Below, piece by piece: positions 9,856-20,200 of a stretch of DNA of 54,757 nt. The notes beneath the pieces were generated by a model, which searched no databases, was not told the origin of the DNA, and saw only the letters and a list, made by a program, of their open reading frames with translations. Positions within the stretch are counted from its first letter, which is position 1, and each line of letters begins with the position of its first letter. This DNA is from Chthoniobacteraceae bacterium (GTDB lineage: Bacteria; Verrucomicrobiota; Verrucomicrobiia; Chthoniobacterales; Chthoniobacteraceae), in the NCBI GenBank assembly GCA_031409335.1, contig JANNWY010000059.1:1-54757 (forward strand), in the 5' to 3' direction. Both the position numbers and the translations under genes were made by a program.

Positions 9856-11147
9856 CCGGCGCCGCCGTGCGCGATTCTCCACGGCGGCGGACGCTCGCTT
9901 TCTTTTTGTGCCTTGCAGCCACGACGCTGTCTGCCGCCGAGCCCGTGCCGCGCTGGTGGAAAGGGAATCTTCACACGCATTCGCTGTGGAGCGACGGCGA
10001 TGATTTTCCAGACATGATCGCCGACTGGTACAAGGAGCGCGGCTATCACTTTCTCGCGCTCTCCGATCACAACACGCTCGGCGATGAAGAGCGGTGGATT
10101 CCAGTGAAACCGAAGTCCACCACTGCGACAGCTCTTGGGAAATATGTCGCAAGATTCGGCGGCGAGTGGGTGGAGCAGCGGGAGACCGATGGGGTGGCGA
10201 AAGTGCGGCTGAAAACGCTTGCGGAGTTTCGCTCGAAATTCGAGGAGGCGGATCGCTTTCTCATGATCCAGGGAGAGGAAATCACCGGACGCTCCGTCCA
10301 TATCAACGCGACGAATATCCGCGAAGTCATCCTGCCCTATCGCGGGTCCGGCCCGGAGACGAGCGAGACGGTGATCGCTGCGATCCAGAAAACCGTGAAC
10401 GCTGTGCTCGAACAGCGGCAGCGTACAGGTGTGCCGATGTTCCCGCATATCAATCACCCGAATTTCAAGTGGGCGATCACTGCCGAGGAATTGATGCAGA
10501 TCGAAAATGAAAGGTTCTTTGAGGTGTACAATGGGCACCCCGAAGTTTTCAGCGTCGGCGACAAAATCCACGCAAGCACTGAGCGCATCTGGGACATCCT
10601 GCTGACCGAACGGCTCGGCATCCTCGGCAAGGAACCATTCTTCGGACTCGCGACCGACGACTCACACCACTACCACGGTGAACCCAAAAAACTGGCGCGT
10701 CCCGGTCGCGGCTGGGTCGTGGTCCGCGCGGCAAAGCTCGCTGTGGAGGATCTGATCACCGCGCTGGAAGCGGGTGATTTCTACGCATCGTCCGGCGTCG
10801 TGCTAAAGGAGATGCGCCGAGAAAAAGATCGTCTCTCGCTCGAGATCGAAGCCGAGCCGGGCGTGAGCTACACCACGGAATTCATCGGCACGCGTAAAGG
10901 CTACGATCGCGCGAGCCAGCCCGTTTTGAATGAAAAAGGTGAGCCGCTGCGCACCACGCGAAACTACAGCAAAGACATCGGCGTCGTCCTTTCCACGGAG
11001 ACGGCGACCAAGGCGAGCTACACGCTGAAGGGCGATGAACTCTACGTCCGCGCGCGAGTCACGTCCTCGAAGCTGAAAGCGGATCCTTCCACCAAAGGAG
11101 AATTCGAGCGGGCGTGGATCCAGCCAATCTGGCCGGCGAAAAAATAG
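9852..11147 (+). CDS. Secreted PHP-family metal-dependent hydrolase
   Basis: GTGA overlap with DUF1501; WWKGNLHTHSLWSDG, LSDHN, GEEIT, INHPNF, EVYNGH, ATDDSH. Confidence 0.88.
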   Translation: MTGAAVRDSPRRRTLAFFLCLAATTLSAAEPVPRWWKGNLHTHSLWSDGDDFPDMIADWYKERGYHFLALSDHNTLGDEERWIPVKPKSTTATALGKYVARFGGEWVEQRETDGVAKVRLKTLAEFRSKFEEADRFLMIQGEEITGRSVHINATNIREVILPYRGSGPETSETVIAAIQKTVNAVLEQRQRTGVPMFPHINHPNFKWAITAEELMQIENERFFEVYNGHPEVFSVGDKIHASTERIWDILLTERLGILGKEPFFGLATDDSHHYHGEPKKLARPGRGWVVVRAAKLAVEDLITALEAGDFYASSGVVLKEMRREKDRLSLEIEAEPGVSYTTEFIGTRKGYDRASQPVLNEKGEPLRTTRNYSKDIGVVLSTETATKASYTLKGDELYVRARVTSSKLKADPSTKGEFERAWIQPIWPAKK

Positions 11148-11155
11148 GTCCGGCG

Positions 11156-13681
11156 CTACACCAACGACGACAGTCTGCGAAGTCGCAGCGCGGGTTCGCC
11201 GAGTTCGCGGGACTGCGCGAGGTTAATGTCAAACTCCGCCACCCAATCGTTCGCCTCTTCGGGATCGACTAACATCTGCTGCACCTGCCAGCTCGCCTGG
11301 CTCTCGGATGGCGTGACGTAAGTATGGCGAAGGTTTCGCGCTTCGGGGTCGAGGCGGATGCGCGCGTGGGTGTTTAGATAGCTGGTGTGAGCTTGTCGCA
11401 AGCGATCAGCAGTCCATGGCTCGCTGTCGGAAGCGATTAGCGTGAGCGCGGAGTCGTAGTCTTCGATCGTGATGGCTCGCAGGAAGGTGAAGATGCGCGT
11501 CCGGATCGCGGCGGTGAATATTTTTGCGTCGCGTGTGATGTCGCGGGCGGCTTCCTCAGCTCCGGGCGGGCGGACTTCGGCTTCGTCGAGGCGCGGCTGG
11601 TAGTTCGGATCGCGCATCTTCTCCCACTCATCGAGCAGGCTGCTATCGACCTGCCGGATCATCGTGCTGAGGTATAGCTCCATCTCGCGCAGCGTATCGT
11701 TCTTCGCATCGTCCGGGACGGTTTGCGCGAGCACCTTTTGCACGCTCGAAAGATGCCGCAGCAGCAAACCCTCCACGCGCTGCAATTCGTAGCCTTTGAT
11801 GTAGTCGGCAAAGGATCGAAATTCCTCGAACATTTCCCTGGCGATTGATTTCGGACGGATGTTTTCCGCGCCCACCCACGGATGCCGATCGGCAAAGGCA
11901 TTGAAGGTCGAATAGATGAAGTCGCGGTTCGGCTTTGGGTATTCGAGCTTCTCCAATTCCTCCATGCGTTCGTTGTATTCCATGCCTTGCATTTTCATCT
12001 CAGCCATCGCCTGATCCTTCACCCGATCGAGTTGTTTGCGCAGGATCGCACCCGGATCTTCGAGGATGGATTCCACCAGCGTCAACGCAACCAGCGAGTA
12101 GTCTGGCGCATTCGGGTCCATCATCGGCAGGGTGTCGTGGACGAAAAGCGAGAGGGTCTGGTTCATCGAGAAGTCATCCTGCAAGGACACGTTCACGCGC
12201 AGCTTCGCGCCGTCCGCCGTCTGTGGGATGAACTCCACGATCTTCCGCTCGACCAGCGCGCGAAAGAGCTGCCAGCCACGCTTCACCAGCGCCTGCTTCG
12301 CCTTCGGTGTTTCATGGCAGCGCGCGATCAGGTCGCGCATCGCAGCGCACCCATCACCTTTGCGACTCAGCACATTCAGCAGCATCCCGTGTGTGACTTG
12401 AAACTGACTGGTCAACCGCTCCGGCGGCGCGGCGATCAGCCGCGCGAAAGTCTGCTTGTCCCAGTTCACGAAGTTCTTCTCCGGCGGCTTCCGCTTCACG
12501 AACTTTTTCGCCTTCTGCTCAAGCTGCAGGTTTTCGATAAAATGCTCGGGTGCCTGCGCGACGACCCACCCGCAATCATCAAATCCTTTGCGTCCCGCGC
12601 GACCGCCGATCTGGTGGAAATCGCGCGCACTGAGTATCCCGGTCTTCTGCCCGTCAAACTTGCACAGCCGCGTAAAGAGCACGGTGCGGATCGGCACATT
12701 GATCCCGACGCCGAGCGTGTCCGTGCCGCAAATGACTTTCAGCAGGCCGCGCTGCGCCAATTGTTCGACGAGCACGCGATACTTCGGCAGCAGTCCGGCA
12801 TGATGCAGACCTATCCCATGCCTTAGCCATTTCTTGATTTCCGGCCCATACGGACTGCCAAATTTGAATCCTTCCAGCGCACCAGCCAGCGCCGTCTTTT
12901 CCTCGCGCGTGCAGACATTCAGACTCATGAAATCCTGAGCACTCTGCGCCGCATCGAGCTGCGTAAAGTGGACGACATACACCGGGCATTTGCCTGCCAT
13001 CACCAAGCCTTCGACAGTCTTCGACAGCGGTGTTTCCGCATAGGAAAACTCCAGCGGCACGGGCCGTTCGCGCGATGCCACCGTCACCGTCGGCTTTCCG
13101 TTTAAGCACGTCAGTTCTTCCTCAAAGAACGCCGTGTCCCCGAGCGTCGCCGACATCAGGAGGAATCGCGCCTGCGGCAAAGTCAGGATTGGCACCTGCC
13201 ACGCCACGCCGCGCCCTCGGTCCGTGTAGTAATGGAATTCGTCCATGATGACATCATCCACCCTCGCCTCCGCACCCTCGCGCAACGCGATGTTCGCCAG
13301 CACCTCCGCCGTGCAGCAAAGGATCGGGGCATCGCGATTCACCGATGCGTCGCCCGTGCTCAATCCCACATTCTCCGGCCCGAAATCCCGGCAAAGTCCG
13401 AGCCACTTCTCATTCACCAGCGCCTTGATCGGGCACGTGTAAACCGAGCGCCGGCCTTGCGCGAGCGACTTGAAATGCAGCGCCGCCGCGACCAGCGATT
13501 TGCCCGAGCCGGTGGGCGTGTTGAGGATGACGTTTCGCTCCTCGAACAATTCCAGGATGGCATTTTCCTGCGCGGGATAAAGCGTGAGCCGCCGTCCTTC
13601 GATGTATTCGAGAAAGCGACCGAGCAGCACGTCATTCCCGCGCTGACCGTCTGCGGGAATGAGGCTGGCAAGCGGAAACAT
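11156..13681 (-). CDS. Ski2/HelY-like DEAD/DEAH helicase (DUF3516)
   Basis: [48 protein letters not shown]. Start taken at MFPLASL, 7 nt after the upstream stop. Confidence 0.93.
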   Translation of the reverse strand: MFPLASLIPADGQRGNDVLLGRFLEYIEGRRLTLYPAQENAILELFEERNVILNTPTGSGKSLVAAALHFKSLAQGRRSVYTCPIKALVNEKWLGLCRDFGPENVGLSTGDASVNRDAPILCCTAEVLANIALREGAEARVDDVIMDEFHYYTDRGRGVAWQVPILTLPQARFLLMSATLGDTAFFEEELTCLNGKPTVTVASRERPVPLEFSYAETPLSKTVEGLVMAGKCPVYVVHFTQLDAAQSAQDFMSLNVCTREEKTALAGALEGFKFGSPYGPEIKKWLRHGIGLHHAGLLPKYRVLVEQLAQRGLLKVICGTDTLGVGINVPIRTVLFTRLCKFDGQKTGILSARDFHQIGGRAGRKGFDDCGWVVAQAPEHFIENLQLEQKAKKFVKRKPPEKNFVNWDKQTFARLIAAPPERLTSQFQVTHGMLLNVLSRKGDGCAAMRDLIARCHETPKAKQALVKRGWQLFRALVERKIVEFIPQTADGAKLRVNVSLQDDFSMNQTLSLFVHDTLPMMDPNAPDYSLVALTLVESILEDPGAILRKQLDRVKDQAMAEMKMQGMEYNERMEELEKLEYPKPNRDFIYSTFNAFADRHPWVGAENIRPKSIAREMFEEFRSFADYIKGYELQRVEGLLLRHLSSVQKVLAQTVPDDAKNDTLREMELYLSTMIRQVDSSLLDEWEKMRDPNYQPRLDEAEVRPPGAEEAARDITRDAKIFTAAIRTRIFTFLRAITIEDYDSALTLIASDSEPWTADRLRQAHTSYLNTHARIRLDPEARNLRHTYVTPSESQASWQVQQMLVDPEEANDWVAEFDINLAQSRELGEPALRLRRLSSLV

Positions 13682-13688
13682 TCGCCGG

Positions 13689-14519
13689 TTAGTGCGCGAC
13701 CTTTTGCCCGAAACAATGCGGGCACGACTCACCCTGCACGTAGTGCGGGTGGCGCTGCTCCTCGAAGGTGAGCGGCATCTGGCAGGCGAAACACATCTCC
13801 GAACTCGTCTCGCGCAAAGCCGGGTCCACACCCACCCGACGGTCGAAGACAAAACACTCGCCGTCGTAATGCGCGCCGCCGCATTCCTCGAAATACTTCA
13901 AGATGCCGCCATCAAGTTGGAGCACGTTCGTGAATCCTTCGCGCTCCATGAAAGGGCCGGCCTTCTCGCAACGGATCCCGCCAGTGCAGAACATCACGAT
14001 GGGTTGCTCCTTCAGCTCCGCAGGCAGCTTTTCCACCGCTTTCGGAAAATCCCGGAAGTGCTCGATGCCTGCGGGGATCGCGCCTTGGAAAGTTCCCATT
14101 CGCACTTCGTAATCATTGCGCGTGTCCAGAAGGGTGACCGGACGGCCTTCGTCGAGCCATTGTTTGAGGGTGCGCGCGGAAAGTTTGGCGGTGGGCTTGC
14201 GGGCGGGGTCGATGCCTTCGATGCCAAACGCGATGATCTCTTTTTTGATCTTCACGAGCATTCGGTTGTAAGGCTGTTTCTCGCTTTCGCTTTCCTTCGG
14301 TGCGAGGTCGGCGAGGCCGGGCAGCGCGCGCAGTTCGGCGAGGAGTGCGTCGATGTTTTCGCGAGTTCCCGCGACGAAGATATTGATGCCTTCCGGGCTG
14401 AGCAGGATCGTGCCTTTCAGCTCGCGCGCCTCACAGAACGCCAGCATCCGCTCGCGCAAAGGCGGGAGGCTTTCGAGCGGGGTAAATTTATAGGTGGAAA
14501 TGTTGATGAAGGCTGACAT
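13689..14519 (-). CDS. trhO: Rhodanese-domain protein, tRNA U34 hydroxylase TrhO-like
   Basis: [60 protein letters not shown]. Confidence 0.82.
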   Translation of the reverse strand: MSAFINISTYKFTPLESLPPLRERMLAFCEARELKGTILLSPEGINIFVAGTRENIDALLAELRALPGLADLAPKESESEKQPYNRMLVKIKKEIIAFGIEGIDPARKPTAKLSARTLKQWLDEGRPVTLLDTRNDYEVRMGTFQGAIPAGIEHFRDFPKAVEKLPAELKEQPIVMFCTGGIRCEKAGPFMEREGFTNVLQLDGGILKYFEECGGAHYDGECFVFDRRVGVDPALRETSSEMCFACQMPLTFEEQRHPHYVQGESCPHCFGQKVAH

Positions 14520-14606
14520 CGGAATGGGCCGCAACTGTGCGCCGCGTTGGAAAAGTTGCAAGCGCAGCCACCCGATCGCGCCCGGCGAAGGAGCTGGCAG
14601 CCGGCA

Positions 14607-16799
14607 TCACTTCCAGATGTCAGCCATCGGATAGACGACTAACTCTTCGATGACGGCTTTGCTCTCCATCGCAAAAGCGGGGCCTTTGTCGGTGTGGAGT
14701 GAGCCGATGCTGTAGGCTGCTTCGCCGCCGTTCCAGAAACTCTCGACGATGCCGCGGTCGATCAGGAAACGGGCGTCCACGGATTTGCCGGGGTGAATCT
14801 GCGCCGCGGCCTCGCCGCGCGTGAGCAGCTTGGTGGCGGGGTCGTAGGCGAAGGTGATGCTGCGGATGTTCACCTGCATGGCATCGCTGGAGCGGAAGCG
14901 CAGGACGACATCCAGCGCGGCGTCGGTGGTGAGGCTTTGCAGTTTGGCGGTGGCTTCGGCAAGGGGGACATTGGTGAGCTGGATGAGCGGTTTTCCACGT
15001 AGGGTGCTGATCTCTTCCACAGGCTCGAAGCAAAGCGTGTCTTCGCCGCCGACGGCCTTCATTCGCATCTCGAGCGGGACGCTGGCGCATTGATTGAAAT
15101 GCTCGCCGGGAAAGCGCGAGCCACGCGCCCAGCCCATCATGATCTGGCGGCCTTTGGGCGCGTTCATAAAGACGAGCGCGGCGTAGTAGTTCGGGCCGTG
15201 GTGGGCGTGGCGGAGCTTCGTCACTGCGGTGAAAGTTTTGCCGTCGAAATGGCCGAGCTGGTAGCAGGAGTCGGAGTGGAAGCGTTCCGCGGCGTCCTTC
15301 GGGCTACGGTAGCAGCCGTAGAGCAGCATTAAGTCTTCGCCGGTGACGGCGGATTTTATCGGGAGGAATTCGGGGCATTCATACCAATGAGTTAGCACGC
15401 TGGTTTGCTCCCATTTGATAAGATCCCTGGAGCGGAGAAAGCGATAGGTATCCGGCTCGCCGACATAGAGCACCATCACGTAATGCTGCGAGGCTTCGTG
15501 CCAGATTACTTTCGGATCGCGGTCGCCGCTCCCGATGTTCGGCACCACGGGATTTCCCGCGAAGCGCTTCCAAGTGCGGCCACCGTCGGGCGTGGTGGCG
15601 AGGTGTTGTGAAAACGGCGTGGTCGCGGCGAAGAACATTGCAGGCGCGGGGAGTTTGACGCCGTCGTTCAGCCCAGGAATCGGCTGCTGCTGCATAACCG
15701 TCGTGCCGGAGTAGCACTGTCCCGTGGCATCGGGGAAAATCGCGACCGGCCATTCTTCCCAATGCACGAGGTCTTTGCTAACACTATGTCCCCAGTGCAT
15801 GTCGAAACCGGCACCCTTGCTCGTGGTCGCCGGGTTGTATTGGTAGAAGACGTGGTAAAGTCCGTCCTGATAGTAGCTGCCGTTGATGTCATTCATCCAG
15901 CCAAGGCGCGGGCTGAAATGGAAACGCAGTCGATGCAGGGTTTGGTAGGCTTTGGGGTCGATGATTTCCTTGTCGCCAAATGCCAGCCGCGCCAACGCTC
16001 CGGCATCGGCTGACCGATAGCGCAGCGTCACTTCGCGACCTTTGAATTCGCGCAGGTCGGCGGAATACCAAAAGTCGGGTTGCGCACTATCTTTCGGTAG
16101 CTCGACGTGCATGTAGCGCAGCAATTTGCCATCGGCTTCGATGCTTAGTTTTTCGAGTCCCGGTTTCCTGCCATCCTCGCGATGGACCAGCGGGAGTTGC
16201 AGAAAATCGCCCGAGATTTTCAAAGTGCGCTTGTGCTCCTTTGCGGGAGCTGGTGGCGGCGCGGCGAGGGCGATGCCGCCGCGGTCGTCGGCCTGCACGA
16301 GATGATCCACGTTGAGATGTCCCCAGCCGCCTTTGCGTTCATCGACGATCACAATCGTCGCCTCGCGTCCGGCAAGTTCCGCGACATCCCATGCGGCGGG
16401 AACGAGCGTTTCGCTGCCGCCGGGCTCGGTATTCGGACCACTCGCGGTGCGGACGATTTTCCCGTCCACGACGAGATTCATGCACGTCTCGTTCACAAAC
16501 CCGCCGCCACCGATGAGGAAGGTGATGTGCTTCCGCTCGATCTTAAAAGTCGGCGAAGTAAGCCGCCCCGTCGCATCGTCGCCGCCATTGAAAGTGTTGA
16601 CCAACCCATCGCCGCGAAAGCCTTCGACATTCATCTGCCCGCCGAGTTTCCCGCGCGCCGGACCTTTGCCAAACGCGTCGCCGCTGGCTTTCCAAGCGCC
16701 ATAGTCCGCGCCTTCAAAGTCGGCAATGACGATGGGTTCCGTGGCATTCGCAGTGAGGGCAAGGAGCGAGAAAGCGAGGGCTTGGATGGACGGCTTCAT
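14607..16799 (-). CDS. Secreted glycoside hydrolase family 32 (levanase/fructosidase-like)
   Basis: Signal peptide; catalytic motifs WMNDING, RDPKV and ECP; HWGHSVSKDLVHW; N-terminal IADFEG accessory domain. Confidence 0.92.
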   Translation of the reverse strand: MKPSIQALAFSLLALTANATEPIVIADFEGADYGAWKASGDAFGKGPARGKLGGQMNVEGFRGDGLVNTFNGGDDATGRLTSPTFKIERKHITFLIGGGGFVNETCMNLVVDGKIVRTASGPNTEPGGSETLVPAAWDVAELAGREATIVIVDERKGGWGHLNVDHLVQADDRGGIALAAPPPAPAKEHKRTLKISGDFLQLPLVHREDGRKPGLEKLSIEADGKLLRYMHVELPKDSAQPDFWYSADLREFKGREVTLRYRSADAGALARLAFGDKEIIDPKAYQTLHRLRFHFSPRLGWMNDINGSYYQDGLYHVFYQYNPATTSKGAGFDMHWGHSVSKDLVHWEEWPVAIFPDATGQCYSGTTVMQQQPIPGLNDGVKLPAPAMFFAATTPFSQHLATTPDGGRTWKRFAGNPVVPNIGSGDRDPKVIWHEASQHYVMVLYVGEPDTYRFLRSRDLIKWEQTSVLTHWYECPEFLPIKSAVTGEDLMLLYGCYRSPKDAAERFHSDSCYQLGHFDGKTFTAVTKLRHAHHGPNYYAALVFMNAPKGRQIMMGWARGSRFPGEHFNQCASVPLEMRMKAVGGEDTLCFEPVEEISTLRGKPLIQLTNVPLAEATAKLQSLTTDAALDVVLRFRSSDAMQVNIRSITFAYDPATKLLTRGEAAAQIHPGKSVDARFLIDRGIVESFWNGGEAAYSIGSLHTDKGPAFAMESKAVIEELVVYPMADIWK

Positions 16800-16869
16800 G
16801 CGGCGATGTAAACGCGCAGTCCGCGCTGCTGCAATGCCAACGAAGTCTCCGCTTGGAAAAAGCCGTTAT

Positions 16870-17042
16870 CCCTAAAACCGGCGATGAAGATTGCCGCGGA
16901 CGGCACCGAGGACGCGGAAAACGCGGAGATTGCGAACCTTGAGCCGCTCACCCATTGGGTGAACGACGCCCTCTCGGCGATTCGCACGCTACTTCATCCT
17001 CATCCGCGTCCTCCGCGTCAATCTCCATCGCCGCTTTTAGGG
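16870..17042. repeat. MITE-like palindrome with 9-nt periodic arms
   Basis: ccctaaaaccggcgatgaagattgccgcgga ... tccgcgtcaatctccatcgccgcttttaggg; units gccgcggac/ggcaccgag/gacgcggaa/aacgcggag. Confidence 0.8.
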
Positions 17043-17601
17043 CTATGGCAGATTCGGTGCCCGATCAGTTCATCATCTCCCTCCAAAATGCTGTCCCTCG
17101 TCACCGCATTCGCGCGCGCTCATTCGACCGGGCTTGGCGCGGAAAGCCCTGCGGCGAAAGGGGGGGCTGATTCCGGGAACGGAGATTTTGGAAGTCGATG
17201 GCAAGACGCATTCAGCTCAAGGAGAAGGCTGCGTGCAGGGGGCTGCTCGGCCACAAAAAGCCCGCGATATATTGGAACGATGAAGCCGCTGGAATCGCGG
17301 GCGTCGGGATCACACAAATCACTTCGCGCGTGGCGCAGGAACTCATCGAACTCATCGCGACGATCCTGTTTTCAAAAAGGCGCCGCAGTCCGCGGGCGCA
17401 TCCCGCGGCGGCGTTGCAGGACAATCAGCGCTCGACCGCGATGAGCCAGCGGACGTTTGGGCGCGGCGAGGGGATGAGCTTCAATATCGTCAAAGGTCTC
17501 GGGGCGCTGAAGCTGCGCGTCAGCGAATTGCTGCGGCCAAATGGGAAGGCGCTGGACCGGGCCGGAATGGCGCGAGGGGATGGCGGAAGCGGACGAGTGG
17601 G

Positions 17602-17742
17602 GCTGACGGCCGTGACCGTCACGATTTCTCCATTCGCCAGCTTTTTTCCGATTTTGGCGGAAGCATTCGCCTTGAGTTGAATTTTGTCGCCCGTGCAAGT
17701 GTCGAGCGAGCACGAGCGGCAAATGGTAAGCCCATCAAGCAT
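17602..17742 (-). pseudogene. Possible MobF/TrwC-type relaxase-helicase fragment
   Basis: GDKIQLKANASAKIGKKLANGEIVTVTAV resembles the GD.IQL..N......L.NG...TV..V segment of TrwC/TraI helicase domains. Isolated fragment. Confidence 0.5.
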
Positions 17743-17927
17743 CGCGCGCGGGATGTGACAAATACGGCCAGCAACCTCGAAGGTGACTCTGGCAAGGGAA
17801 ACAACAACGATTTTGCTGGAAGTCGGCGGAATGACGGGTGGTGTCCGAGTCTGAATTATGAAAATTAGACTCGCGATTTCCCGTATTACGGATTGCCGGA
17901 GAAAGGCGATTCCGATACGAAGCGGAC

Positions 17928-18245
17928 ATGCCAGATTTCACCGATCCCAACATAGATGTATCGAAACTGACGGCCTCGGAGACGCAGCGGGCGCTCGATT
18001 TGGTCAACGGTTTTGCCGAAAAGCATGGACCTCACGTTTGCCCGATTTGCAAATCGCAGGAGTGGATATTGGACGCTTCGTATGCCGAAATCAGGCCGCA
18101 TCATATGGGAAGCATGATCGTCGGATGCCCCGTTTATCCGATGATAATGCTCTACTGCAAAACGTGTGGATTTACACGGTTCATCAATGCCATCTATACG
18201 AAGGTGCTGGACCCAAAGGAGAGGGAACAAGATGCCAAGCAATAA
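17928..18245 (+). CDS. Hypothetical zinc-ribbon protein (IS passenger)
   Basis: CPIC...CKTCGF, 105 aa, low GC. Confidence 0.75.
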   Translation: MPDFTDPNIDVSKLTASETQRALDLVNGFAEKHGPHVCPICKSQEWILDASYAEIRPHHMGSMIVGCPVYPMIMLYCKTCGFTRFINAIYTKVLDPKEREQDAKQ

Positions 18246-18645
18246 GCCGCGCTCTCTCGTCTCTGCCGCCAAGTCGGGGACTCCAAAGACTACGGTTTCA
18301 ACAGGCTCAGCCGTTGAGCCAATTTATATGAAACGGAATCCGAGAATGTATCCGATTTCGGAACTGGAGTTGAATGTGCTTGGAACTTATTCATTGCACT
18401 CGACTATATGGGCCGCCATTGGTTCAATTGCTCTTTCGGCAACAGTCGCGTGTGTGTGGTGGTGGGTCACATTGCCCGCTCCGGCGGTGGAGTCAGCGGC
18501 AAATTGGGGGCCAAAGGCATTTACGGTGGCGTCAGGCGTCGCTACAGTTCTAGCATACGTATTGGCTGGCGTTTATATTTGGCGAAGGGGCTCCCACGTC
18601 AACGCGATTATGAAGGAGTGCAAGCCGCCGGATGGAGTTGCTTAA
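18232..18645 (+). CDS. Hypothetical two-TM membrane protein (IS passenger)
   Basis: GAGG RBS before MPSNKPRS, 14-nt overlap with the upstream gene, two hydrophobic helices. Confidence 0.7.
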   Translation: MPSNKPRSLVSAAKSGTPKTTVSTGSAVEPIYMKRNPRMYPISELELNVLGTYSLHSTIWAAIGSIALSATVACVWWWVTLPAPAVESAANWGPKAFTVASGVATVLAYVLAGVYIWRRGSHVNAIMKECKPPDGVA

Positions 18646-18813
18646 ACACAACGACGATGCTAGTATCAGCGCGTGAAACCGAAGAAAAAAGCAAAGCGAG
18701 TGAAGCGCCTGCGCTCTCGCATCTCGCCAGCGGAGGCTGGCGTCGCTTCGGCACAACGGACTTACACGGCCTTTTTGGCAAAGGCCGATCCGGCAGCGAA
18801 GGCGGGATAGAAT

Positions 18814-18993
18814 CTAGCGCGCTGCGGCGAGAAGGGTATTCCTCGCCCATTGCGTTACCGGCTCGCCCGACTTCTTTGCGGCAGCATCCACAGCGGCTCT
18901 CTCGCTGTCGGAAAAGCGCAGGCAAAACACGGAGCGAGCCTCGCCTTTAGGAAGTGGCGGACGGCCCATTCTCTTACTTTTATTTATTGTCAT
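18814..18993 (-). CDS. Small ribbon-helix-helix-like DNA-binding protein
   Basis: MGRPPLPKGEARSVFCLRFSDSERAAVDAAAKKSGEPVTQWARNTLLAAA, divergent from the transposase. Confidence 0.75.
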   Translation of the reverse strand: MTINKSKRMGRPPLPKGEARSVFCLRFSDSERAAVDAAAKKSGEPVTQWARNTLLAAAR

Positions 18994-19001
18994 ACGAAAT
19001 G

Positions 19002-19040
19002 TTGTTGACTCCAATTACATTCCGTATAACACTAAGTCAA
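19002..19040 (+). promoter_or_regulatory. Transposase promoter/operator region
   Basis: TTGTTG/TTGACT ... TATAAC. TTGACT (19005) and AGTCAA (19035) form an inverted pair directly before the ATG. Confidence 0.45.
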
Positions 19041-20018
19041 ATGAAAAAGCTCTCCACTCAAAAACGTGCTTCGATCCTGCGTTGCTTGATTGAAGGCAAC
19101 TCCGTGCTTTCGACGGCCCGGATTGTGGGTGTGGACAAGAATACGATCCTGAAATTTCTCGTGGAAGCGGGCGAGGCGTGCGCGGCCTATCAACAAAAGA
19201 CGCTGCGGAACCTGCCATGCAAGGTGATCCAGTTGGACGAAATTTGGAGTTTCGTTGGATGCCGCGAGAAGGCAAAAGACAGCGCCGTGAATCAGCATCC
19301 CGGCGACGTGTGGACGTGGACAAGTATCTGCGCGGAAACCAAGCTCGCGCCCGCATGGCGGGTTGGCGACCGCTCCAGCCGCACGGCAATGGACTTTTGC
19401 GCGGACCTTGCCTCGCGGTTCAATGGGGAAATCCAAATCACGAGCGACGGACATCCGGCTTACAAAATGGCCGTGGCGTCCAATTTCGACATGGAGCGCA
19501 CGCACTTCGCACAACTCGTGAAAATCTACGGCAAGGATGAGCAGGGGCGGGACATCGTGGTTGGCGCGCAACGCCAGCCCGTGTTTGGCCTTCCTGACAT
19601 CAACTTGGTGAGCACGAGTTACGTAGAGCGCCACAATCTGACCATTCGGATGCGCAACCGCCGCTTTACGCGCCTCACGAACGCGTTCAGCAAGAAACTT
19701 GAGAACCACGCCGACATGATCGCGTTGACCATGATGGACTACAATTTCTGCCGGAAGCACGCGACGATCAAAACGACGCCCGCCGTAGCCGCTGGCGTTA
19801 CACACCATCAATGGACCTTTGAAGAAGTGGTGGCGATGATCGACCGCGACACCGAAGCGAGTAATCGCGTGAAAGCCGACGCGGTTTTCGCTGCCGCCAT
19901 CGCGAACACCACACCACAGCGGACACATCCGAAGTCATACACGCCGACTCCAAAGGATCAGCTTCCCGTGCCTTGGTATTTGCAGGGATTCAAAGACTCC
20001 AACCGAGGGGATTCTTAA
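19041..20018 (+). CDS. IS1-family DDE transposase
   Basis: N-terminal HTH (LIEGNSVLSTARIVGVDKNT); IQLDEIWSFVG, ITSDGHPAY, STSYVERHNLTIR; RRFTRLTNAFSKK. Confidence 0.93.
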   Translation: MKKLSTQKRASILRCLIEGNSVLSTARIVGVDKNTILKFLVEAGEACAAYQQKTLRNLPCKVIQLDEIWSFVGCREKAKDSAVNQHPGDVWTWTSICAETKLAPAWRVGDRSSRTAMDFCADLASRFNGEIQITSDGHPAYKMAVASNFDMERTHFAQLVKIYGKDEQGRDIVVGAQRQPVFGLPDINLVSTSYVERHNLTIRMRNRRFTRLTNAFSKKLENHADMIALTMMDYNFCRKHATIKTTPAVAAGVTHHQWTFEEVVAMIDRDTEASNRVKADAVFAAAIANTTPQRTHPKSYTPTPKDQLPVPWYLQGFKDSNRGDS

Positions 20019-20056
20019 TTTCCATAAGATGATCTCACCCACTACCAGCTCATTTT

Positions 20057-20084
20057 ATATGACATATATTGTATCATGTTAAAT
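20057..20084 (+). other. dif-like XerC/XerD site candidate
   Basis: 11-6-11 layout ATATGACATAT-ATTGTA-TCATGTTAAAT; right arm is one mismatch from the E. coli XerD arm TTATGTTAAAT. Confidence 0.45.
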
Positions 20085-20116
20085 GTTGCCCGTTGCCGTT
20101 GTCTGTTTTGCGTCTG

Positions 20117-20136
20117 TGTGAATAACTTGTGAATTA
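20117..20136 (-). promoter_or_regulatory. Tandem DnaA-box-like motifs
   Basis: TTATTCACA (20117-20125) and TAATTCACA (20128-20136) on the minus strand, near the AT-rich island. Further TTATTCACA copies at 20859 and 22305. Confidence 0.45.
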
Positions 20137-20200
20137 CTCTCGGCCGCGGCGACCAATTCCAGTTCAGGCTCAACTCCCAAGCCCTAGGACGGTTCTCGCT

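Larger units (their letters stand above)
17837..20046 (+). mobile_element. IS1-family element with passenger genes (transporter IS)
   Basis: Imperfect ~31-bp terminal IRs: ggtggtgtccgagtctgaattatgaaaatta vs reverse complement of right end ggtagtgggtgagatcatcttatggaaatta. They enclose the transposase and three small genes. No target duplication seen. Confidence 0.75.

Noticed and set aside
17198..17680. 160-aa ORF as a functional gene
   Set aside because: No recognisable family, and its 3' end runs into the antisense of the relaxase-like fragment; treated as debris.
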